Part shown: positions 25,433-32,000 of the stretch, piece by piece
Position numbering within the stretch: the first letter of the stretch is position 1
Layout of the letters: every line of letters begins with the position of its first letter
Origin: Candidatus Paracaedimonas acanthamoebae
Lineage (GTDB): Bacteria > Pseudomonadota > Alphaproteobacteria > Caedimonadales > Caedimonadaceae
Assembly (NCBI GenBank): GCA_000743035.1
Contig: CP008937.1
Span: 1-32,000, forward strand
DNA length: 32,000 bases
Direction: 5' to 3'
Made by a program: the position numbers and the translations under genes
The notes under the pieces: generated by a model
What the model was told of the DNA's origin: nothing
Databases searched by the model: none
Seen by the model: only the letters and a program-made list of their open reading frames with translations

Positions 25433-26749
25433 ATGAATTTTAAAAGGTTTACTATTCTAAGCATCTTTTTAACCCTCTTGTCTTTTCTTAATTCGGCTTG
25501 TGGAACTGAGTACAGCATTTATTCTTTTACAGGGGAAAATGAAGAAGAGAAAAAGAATATTAGAGAGATTTGCCGCGCACATACTAGAGCAAATGGTAAA
25601 GAATTTTTTAAAGTGACTGGCGATGAAGTTATTGCAGTAGCTAATGTTTATCATGCTTTAAAGAAAGATAAAAATATTGATGAACTCCTGGGTGTCCATA
25701 ACTTTTTTTGGGGCTCAAAGTTGGTAGGCTTTTTATACGTAAAAATGGATTACCGTATTGCTGACGCGACAAATGCCTATGCAGAATGCCAAGTCCTGCT
25801 TCACCCTAAATATCGAGGCCAAGGACTGGGGACATTATTTCGCAAGAAATTTAATGAAGAAATGGTTAATACTCGGGTTGGCCAGCCTTTGAAGGTTATA
25901 ATGGCAAGAGTGGATTGCCAGCTAGAAGAGCATCCACGCATAATCAATTTTCAAGGGGTAAAAGGTTACATTCATATTGATAATATTGCTTCTCGCAAGC
26001 TTATGATGCGGCTAGGTTGTATTCCTGTAGACTTAGGTTACAGTAAATATATGGGCTCGTCTGGTGATAACGTTGCGCAGATTCTATATATTTACCCACC
26101 TAATAACGCCCATTCATTTTTAACTAAAGATATACAAGAAACTATTATGAGCAATAATACTACAACCAAACCCCAAATTGTTGAGATTGCGCGTCAACGT
26201 CAAGCAGACATAGAATATGAAACAGAACTTACATTAAGAGCTGGGAGTATTCTTACGCAAACGGGAAATTTTGAAAGCTTATTTACTTTCTTAAAAGACT
26301 TTTCAAAAGAGAAAGGAAGGATGTTTCCTGAAGGAAGGTTTATGAGATTCATGCAATATCAGCTACATGCGAATAAGAGCAATAGAATTCAATGTGAGCA
26401 GATAAAAAATAGCGTCTCTAGGATAATCCAGAGCAATTTGTATTATTTTCCTCTGTTTGCCGCAGATAAGAATATATTAAATGATGAAGCATGCTACGAG
26501 CTTGCAGTCCGCTACCGCAAAGGAATTGCTGACTTATTGCCACTCAAGCCTCAATATCAGAATGCTTTATTGTTATTCTTACCTTTAGCACATAAAGGAA
26601 ATGCTAAAGCACAACATAATTTGGGAATGCTGTATTATTACCAAGGAAATTACACAGAAGCTGTGAAATGGTGGGAAGAGTCTTCAAAGAGAGGGGTTAA
26701 GGAATCAAAAAATAATTTAGTAAAGCTAAAAAAAGAGGTTAAGCTATAA
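25433..26749 (+). CDS. signal-peptide GNAT acetyltransferase-domain protein with a C-terminal Sel1-like repeat (438 aa)
   Basis: GAGAGG RBS. N-terminal hydrophobic leader FTILSIFLTLLSFLNSAC. GNAT motif A VLLHPKYRGQGLGTLF. C-terminal AKAQHNLGMLYYYQGNYTEAVKWWEESSKRG is Sel1/TPR-like. Confidence 0.75.
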   Translation: MNFKRFTILSIFLTLLSFLNSACGTEYSIYSFTGENEEEKKNIREICRAHTRANGKEFFKVTGDEVIAVANVYHALKKDKNIDELLGVHNFFWGSKLVGFLYVKMDYRIADATNAYAECQVLLHPKYRGQGLGTLFRKKFNEEMVNTRVGQPLKVIMARVDCQLEEHPRIINFQGVKGYIHIDNIASRKLMMRLGCIPVDLGYSKYMGSSGDNVAQILYIYPPNNAHSFLTKDIQETIMSNNTTTKPQIVEIARQRQADIEYETELTLRAGSILTQTGNFESLFTFLKDFSKEKGRMFPEGRFMRFMQYQLHANKSNRIQCEQIKNSVSRIIQSNLYYFPLFAADKNILNDEACYELAVRYRKGIADLLPLKPQYQNALLLFLPLAHKGNAKAQHNLGMLYYYQGNYTEAVKWWEESSKRGVKESKNNLVKLKKEVKL

Positions 26750-26845
26750 GGTAGCATTAAAGAATTATTGAGCCAAAAATGTATATTAAGTCTTTGTGAA
26801 GTTAAGTTTGAAAAGGCCATTGTAAATTAGAGGGGAGACATCAGT

Positions 26846-28795
26846 ATGATATACTTTACGCATAAATATTTATCTATTTTATTCTATGTTTTTTGCTTAA
26901 TCCAAGCCTTACCAATCGCAGCAAGCCAAGAACAAGAAGATCAATCTAAAATACTTAAGGCACCTTTTGTAGATCAGAGAGGAAAACAAAAAGCTCAAAG
27001 AGAGGAAGAGGGCAAACACAAAACGCTGGGTCTCGACCATGGTTCTGCTAGCTCGAGCTCACCTGAAAGTATAGATATTTCTAAAGACGAGACGCAACTT
27101 CTCCGAGAACTGTCTCAAGAAATAGATTATACGTTCAAAAAGCCTGAGCTTTTACATTTAGCTTTAAGGCACAGTACCACTGATATTGGACATTCCCATT
27201 CATCGCGAGGATATGAACGTCTAGAATTCTTAGGTGATGCTGTCTTAGAGCATGTAATACGAGAATTTTTATGGAAGGATTTTCCGAAACTTAATGCCAA
27301 TCAATTATCAAAAATTTGTTCTACACTTACCTGCAATGAAACTCTTGCTCACTTATCAAAACACTTAAGACTTGCAGCAATATCTAAAAGATTAAAGCTA
27401 TCCACCTTTACAAGAGAAGAAACCTTACAATCTCATCGACAAGCTGATTTTGTCGAATCCCTCATTGGCGCCATTTATAGCGATGGGGGAATAGAAGCAA
27501 GCCATAAATTTTTTAAGAGATATTATACAAGTGAAAGAGCTCCAACCTTTATTTCTAATATTATGAATTCTATCTCTCAAGAAGCTATTGAAGAAAGCCC
27601 GCTTTCTGCTTTATTCAGTAACAATCTTTATAAGAGAGCCTTTTATGAATTTTCTCAGTTTGAAGGCTTTCAATTTGTGGGGGAGGGCATCCTTAGATTT
27701 ATTCTCCGTGATATGCTTTATCATCGCTTTCCTGAAAGCACAGAAGGGGAGCTTGTTCAAAAGTATAATAGTCTGATTTCTGCAGAAAGCTTATCTGCAA
27801 TAGTAACGCAATATAACTTAAATCCTCACCTTAGTAAGCATTCTTTAAAATCATTTTTAGGCTTATTGTATCTTGATAAAGGGTTAGAATCAGTCCAAAA
27901 CTTTATTCTTTGGCACTGGACAGGAGAAGAAGCTCCTAAAGCAGTTGTTGGTGCCCTTGAAAAAAGGATGGACTCAGTGCCTTCCCTTGAATCATCTTAT
28001 TTTGTAAGCCTTCCTGCTCGTACCCAAATACAATTTACACCAAAAAATATTCTTCAAGAAGTTTTACAGATGCTGCGTGATGAGCCTTACTATTCTCATG
28101 AGAAAACAGGCCCAGATCATAATCCTACCTTTACAGTAACTGTTCAGTCTAAGTTAGAACACTTTAAGTCACTGCAAGGGCAGGCTGGTAGATTGCTTGA
28201 CGCTCAACAAGAAGCAGCTCAAAAAGCTCTTGATATTTTATCTGTTAAAGTGTTGCTTACAACTATTGGAAACAAGGAAGACGCCGTTAAAAATGTGGGC
28301 TATTGCCTTAAGCTTTTAGAAGCTAAATTACGTTCCTTAGGCATTAGAGAATTTAGCTACCATAAAATTGCTAAAAGCCCTTATTTAAAGAACAATATTT
28401 ATCGCTTTGAGCTTCAAGGGAAAAACGTTTATCCAACTTTTGGGGAAGACGAAACTATAGAAGCGGCCTTATTACAAGCGCTGGGCAAAGGGATATTCAA
28501 ACTGTGTAGGGCAGAATATAAGAAAGCTGCTCACAGTGTAAAAGGGACTCATCAAGATATCCCTTTAGAAGATAACCGCCTTATATTTTTAAAAAGTATT
28601 TTGGAAGAAACACTGAAGCCTCTAGGGTATGAAAACTTTACTTATATCCCTCATTCAAAAAGTAAAGAAAAAATACAGCCATATTTAGTATATGAGATTC
28701 AAGTCGGGAGTTTAAGACCGGCTAAAGGACAAGGGCTTACACCCCTTCAGGCTCAGATTAACGCATTACAAGGATTGCTGGATTCTATGGTCTAA
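26846..28795 (+). CDS. signal-peptide protein (649 aa) with tandem RNase III domains (one intact, one degenerate) and one clear dsRBD plus two dsRBD-like repeats
   Basis: GAGGGGAGA RBS. Leader LSILFYVFCLIQALPIAAS|Q. RIIID-a has YERLEFLGD (27215-27238) and QADFVESLIGAIYSDGG. RIIID-b has FEGFQFVGE (27662-27685) and HSLKSFLGLLYLDKG. The dsRBD has PKNILQEVLQ...GPDHNPTFTVTV...AQQEAAQKALDIL. Confidence 0.85.
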   Translation: MIYFTHKYLSILFYVFCLIQALPIAASQEQEDQSKILKAPFVDQRGKQKAQREEEGKHKTLGLDHGSASSSSPESIDISKDETQLLRELSQEIDYTFKKPELLHLALRHSTTDIGHSHSSRGYERLEFLGDAVLEHVIREFLWKDFPKLNANQLSKICSTLTCNETLAHLSKHLRLAAISKRLKLSTFTREETLQSHRQADFVESLIGAIYSDGGIEASHKFFKRYYTSERAPTFISNIMNSISQEAIEESPLSALFSNNLYKRAFYEFSQFEGFQFVGEGILRFILRDMLYHRFPESTEGELVQKYNSLISAESLSAIVTQYNLNPHLSKHSLKSFLGLLYLDKGLESVQNFILWHWTGEEAPKAVVGALEKRMDSVPSLESSYFVSLPARTQIQFTPKNILQEVLQMLRDEPYYSHEKTGPDHNPTFTVTVQSKLEHFKSLQGQAGRLLDAQQEAAQKALDILSVKVLLTTIGNKEDAVKNVGYCLKLLEAKLRSLGIREFSYHKIAKSPYLKNNIYRFELQGKNVYPTFGEDETIEAALLQALGKGIFKLCRAEYKKAAHSVKGTHQDIPLEDNRLIFLKSILEETLKPLGYENFTYIPHSKSKEKIQPYLVYEIQVGSLRPAKGQGLTPLQAQINALQGLLDSMV

Positions 28796-29075
28796 TTTCA
28801 TGACTCTACCTTTTTTGCCAATCCTGCTAGTTTGCTCCCTTATTTCAAACCTGCAACATGTATGTTGCTGAGGAGCCTATGAGACTTGTAGGCTGGAAGA
28901 GGTGACTTTGAAGTTGCAACAAGACACCAAATCTGAGGTTCTGATAAGAGCCCTCTTCCAATTGGTCTAGAGCTGGACAGCAGTATCTTAAAAAAAGGGA
29001 TTCTCCCTTATTCTGAATTCACATGACAAGCTAAAGACTCAAATAATCATATCAGTAGAGGGAAGGAAAAAAAAG

Positions 29076-29367
29076 ATGAATGAGGCTATATTAGGGATAG
29101 ATGTTTCTAAGAAAGACCTTTCTATCGCTCTTCTCCTCCATACGTCTTATAAAAAATACAAGGTCTCTAATAACATTAAAGGCTTCATAGGTCTAACAAA
29201 GTGGCTGCAAGCACAAGGTATTGAACAAGTTAAGGCCTGTATGGAAGCCACAGGAAGCTATGGAGAGAAGCTTGCAGATTATCTCTATGAACAAGGACAT
29301 CAAGTTCATATTGTTAATCCTGCTTGTATTAAAGCCTTTGCCAGAAGCAAGCTTAGTCGCCATAAAA
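29076..29367 (+). pseudogene. IS110-family (DEDD) transposase, N-terminal fragment only
   Basis: ILGIDVSKKDLSIALL...CMEATGSYGEKLADYL...VHIVNPACIKAFARSKLSRHK matches the IS110 N-terminal domain. The expected KTDK.DA continuation is replaced from 29368 by unrelated sequence; the ORF reads on to a stop at 29402. Confidence 0.85.
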
Positions 29368-29405
29368 GGGGTAATACTAAAGATCGTGAAAAGAAGTGCT
29401 AAAAT
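29368..29405 (+). repeat. Tn3-family terminal inverted repeat (38 bp)
   Basis: GGGGTAATACTAAAGATCGTGAAAAGAAGTGCTAAAAT. It shows the GGGG terminus, an internal GAAAA and a GCTAA near the inner end, as in the Tn3/Tn4430/Tn21 IRs. It begins exactly where IS110 homology stops and lies upstream of a Tn3 tnpA. Confidence 0.6.
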
Positions 29406-29526
29406 GATGAAAGTACCGAATTAAAAAACGTCTTTCGTCCTTTAGTATTTTCTGGCATGATAGTGTTCAAATTTTGTCATGGTATTGATAATAAATTTAC
29501 CGATACAGACTATTGTAGGAACTTTT

Positions 29527-30603
29527 ATGCCCCAGGAAATATTATCGTTGACGACTCTCGAAAGCCTTCAACATAAAAAGCTGCTTAATGATATTGTGCA
29601 GCTCATTCATCATGGTCAGCAGCGAGTAGCTACTGAAGTAAACTCTACGATCGTTCTCCTTTATTGGTCTATTGGCAAAAGAATTAATGATGAGCTGTTA
29701 GAGGAAAAGCGCGGTGAATATGGTGACAAAGTTATTGAAAGTGTTGCACAGCAGCTGAGTATTGAGTTTGGAAAAGGCTATAGTCGATCTGCATTATTTC
29801 GAATGGTCCGTTTTGCAAAGTTGTATCCTGATTCTGAGATTGTCGCAACGGTGTCGCGACAATTGTCCTGGTCGCACATTATTATTTTATGTCAGATAGA
29901 AGATGAGCTTCAACGAGATTTCTATATGCAGATGTCGTGTGTTGAGAGATGGAGTGTGCGCGTGCTGCGCCAGAAATTGGATTCCATGCTTTTTGAACGC
30001 ACAGCTATTAGTGCTCAACCCAAAAAAGTGATTGCGCATGAATTGGAAAAGTTCAAACAAACTCAACAACTCACCCCTCAACTGGTATTTAGGGATCCAT
30101 GTATCCTTGACTTTATGGGATTGGGGACAAAATATTCAGAATTTGATTTGGAAAGCGCCATATTAGATCATATCACCGAATTCATCCAAGAACTGGGAAC
30201 AGATTTTTGCTTTTTAGCTCGCCAAAAACGTATGGCTACAAAAAATAAAGACCGTTATTTAGACTTACTTTTCTTTCATAGGGGAATGCGCCGGTTGGTT
30301 GCTATTGAACTCAAGATGGGAGACTTTGAGCCTGAGCATAAGGGACAGATGGAATGGTATTTACGTTGGTTGGATAAAAATGAACGTAAAGAAGGAGAAG
30401 AAAAGCCCATAGGCATTATTTTATGTGCCAACAAGGACCAAGAAGATGTTGAGTATCTTGAACTAGATCAAACAGGGATCCATGTCGCTCAGTATTTGAC
30501 CGAACTACCCCCTAAACAACTTTTAGAAGAGAAATTACATGCTGCTATTGCTTACGCTCGGCAGCAGCATGAATTTTTGAGCCTTGATTTAGATAAATCA
30601 TGA
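29527..30603 (+). CDS. YhcG/DUF1016-family PD-(D/E)XK nuclease (358 aa from 29527; alternative ATG at 29479)
   Basis: N-terminal LLYWSIGKRINDELL...RGEYGDKVIESVAQQL...GYSRSALFRMVRFAKLYPD and the C-terminal nuclease core YLDLLFFHRGMRRLVAIELKMGDFEPEHKGQMEWYLRWLD are typical of DUF1016. AGGAA 8 nt upstream of 29527. Confidence 0.85.
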   Translation: MPQEILSLTTLESLQHKKLLNDIVQLIHHGQQRVATEVNSTIVLLYWSIGKRINDELLEEKRGEYGDKVIESVAQQLSIEFGKGYSRSALFRMVRFAKLYPDSEIVATVSRQLSWSHIIILCQIEDELQRDFYMQMSCVERWSVRVLRQKLDSMLFERTAISAQPKKVIAHELEKFKQTQQLTPQLVFRDPCILDFMGLGTKYSEFDLESAILDHITEFIQELGTDFCFLARQKRMATKNKDRYLDLLFFHRGMRRLVAIELKMGDFEPEHKGQMEWYLRWLDKNERKEGEEKPIGIILCANKDQEDVEYLELDQTGIHVAQYLTELPPKQLLEEKLHAAIAYARQQHEFLSLDLDKS

Positions 30604-32000
30604 AATCTCGAATTCGTTGGTTGTTTCAAGAGGATCAACTTAACCTAATTAAAACAAAGAGTCGGAAAAATCAGCTCTACTTCGCTGTTCAGCTAAAATA
30701 CTATGAAACGAATTTAATATTTTGTGAGGATGTTGCTTCTATTTCGACACATACTCTTTCCAAGGTTTCGAAAAAACTCGAGATATCCAGTAAGATTCAG
30801 TCTTTGTCTTCCAAAACAAGCGCCACATATCGTCATGAAATTAGGACTTACTTTCAATCACATAAAATGAGTGATCGAGAAGAGACTCTTCTAGTCGATT
30901 GGTTGTTGAAAGAGGTTTTTCCTAATGAATCTTTTAATATGGATCAGCTAAAAGAAAAAACCCTTCTTTTTATGAAAGCTCAAAAAATAGAAAGAATTAG
31001 TGATTCTTCTTTAGAAAGACTTCTTAAAAGTACTCGACATCAATATGAAGAGAACTTATTTAAAAACATAAGCATGAATCTTGATTTACAGACTAAAGCT
31101 TATTTAGATGGCCTTTTGTTTTTTACTCCTCAAAAGATATCTCGGCTTGCCTGGCTTCACAGATGGCCTGGTGGTGTGTCATTAGAAACCATCCAAAGAG
31201 AAGCGGAGAAATTACAATTTTTAAAACTTCTTGTTCTACCCGTTTCTCTCAATTCGATTCCTCAAAAAGATCTCCTTCGCCATTATCGTAATATATGTAC
31301 AAAATACCCTAGTGCTATCAAACAGATGCCTGAGGCCCATCGATATTTTTTCCTAGCAATATTTGCTTTTATCAAACAACGTCAAATTACAGATAATTTG
31401 TTAGAATTGCTCATTCGTTTAGTTAAAAGATGTTTAACTTCTGGGGAACGAAAACTGCGCAGAGAGTTGTCTCAAGTTATTGAAATCAAAAAAGGATGCT
31501 CAAAGAAAGTCTTGCTGAATACTTTGATTGCAACCATTCTCAATCACGAAAATGAAATTATTAAGGATGCCATTTATCCGATTATTCCCAAAGAACAACT
31601 TTTGAGCGAGCAAAATGGAGATGGAAAGAAAGTCGTATCTTATGAAGGTCTGCTCTATGATCGGGTGCGGAGATCTTATATCCATCATTATCGTCGAATG
31701 TTAGCTCCTGCCTTAGAACTTTTGGATTTTCATGCGAATAATATCAATGACCAACCAATCATTGAAGCTCTTCAATTAATAAAAAAATATTTGAAGGAGC
31801 AAAAACAATTTTATCCAGCTACAGAGAATATTCCTATTAATGGAGCCGTAAAAAGAAGTCATACAACTTTTATTATGGAAGATTCTGACGAAGAAGATCG
31901 TGTTAATCGAATTAATTATGAGATATCCGTTCTTATACATCTACGCGATAAACTCCGTGTTAAAGAGGTATGGGTTGCAAATGGATATCAATATCGCAAC
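30600..32000 (+). CDS. tnpA: Tn3-family transposase TnpA, N-terminal about 467 aa (open to the window end; not in the ORF track)
   Basis: Own translation from the ATG at 30600 (ATGA overlap with the upstream stop) has no stop through 32000. The DUF4158-like NQLYFAVQLKYYE corresponds to NRLGFAVQLCYLR of Tn3-type TnpA. INYEISVLIHLRDKLRVKEVWVANGYQYRN matches the conserved Y(E/A)(I/L)CVL..LR..LR.G.(I/V)WV.GS..YR motif. Confidence 0.9.
   Translation, partial: MKSRIRWLFQEDQLNLIKTKSRKNQLYFAVQLKYYETNLIFCEDVASISTHTLSKVSKKLEISSKIQSLSSKTSATYRHEIRTYFQSHKMSDREETLLVDWLLKEVFPNESFNMDQLKEKTLLFMKAQKIERISDSSLERLLKSTRHQYEENLFKNISMNLDLQTKAYLDGLLFFTPQKISRLAWLHRWPGGVSLETIQREAEKLQFLKLLVLPVSLNSIPQKDLLRHYRNICTKYPSAIKQMPEAHRYFFLAIFAFIKQRQITDNLLELLIRLVKRCLTSGERKLRRELSQVIEIKKGCSKKVLLNTLIATILNHENEIIKDAIYPIIPKEQLLSEQNGDGKKVVSYEGLLYDRVRRSYIHHYRRMLAPALELLDFHANNINDQPIIEALQLIKKYLKEQKQFYPATENIPINGAVKRSHTTFIMEDSDEEDRVNRINYEISVLIHLRDKLRVKEVWVANGYQYRN

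Larger units (their letters stand above)
29368..32000 (+). mobile_element. Tn3-family transposon, partial (IR, YhcG-like nuclease gene, 5' part of tnpA); continues beyond the window
   Basis: Combination of the terminal IR, the passenger gene and the Tn3 transposase N-terminus, inserted into an IS110 transposase gene. Confidence 0.7.

Noticed and set aside
1-32000. CRISPR arrays, tRNA/rRNA genes, integrase/att sites, and F-type or Dot/Icm-type T4SS components.
   Set aside because: I noticed no regularly spaced direct repeats, no cloverleaf-like or rRNA-like segments in the intergenic regions, and no tyrosine or serine integrase. All T4SS genes fit the P-type VirB/D4 set. Whether the element is a plasmid or an ICE cannot be decided from this window.

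Overview
AT-rich (judged by eye) window that reads as part of a conjugative plasmid or ICE, possibly from an intracellular or amoeba-associated bacterium; the taxon cannot be determined from sequence alone. Layout: (1) 655-13974, a complete P-type (VirB/VirD4) type IV secretion operon of 13 tightly overlapping + strand genes. It includes a 53-aa VirB7-like lipoprotein missed by the ORF track and an extra 808-aa secreted protein with six Cys-pair repeats between virB10 and virB11. (2) 14696-21155, a Ti-plasmid/RSF1010-like DNA-processing module: a 1861-aa MobA/MobL relaxase + RecD-like helicase + Toprim primase fusion on the - strand, an intergenic oriT with an RSF1010-type nick motif, and divergent TraC-like and TraD-like genes. 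(3) 21152-25181, accessory genes: a small hypothetical, a WGR-domain protein, a ProQ/FinO RNA chaperone, an Rpn-family PD-(D/E)XK nuclease, and umuDC in which the UmuD Ser-Lys dyad is substituted. (4) 25433-28795, two signal-peptide cargo proteins: a GNAT + Sel1-repeat protein, and a protein with two tandem RNase III domains (one intact, one degenerate) plus dsRBD(s). I consider the second the most novel item. (5) 29076-32000, nested mobile elements: an IS110-family transposase gene cut at its conserved KTD motif by a GGGG-initiated Tn3-family terminal inverted repeat. That element carries a YhcG/DUF1016 nuclease translationally coupled to a Tn3 transposase that runs off the window. I saw no rRNA, tRNA or CRISPR array. 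All homology statements come from motif recognition by eye, not database searches.
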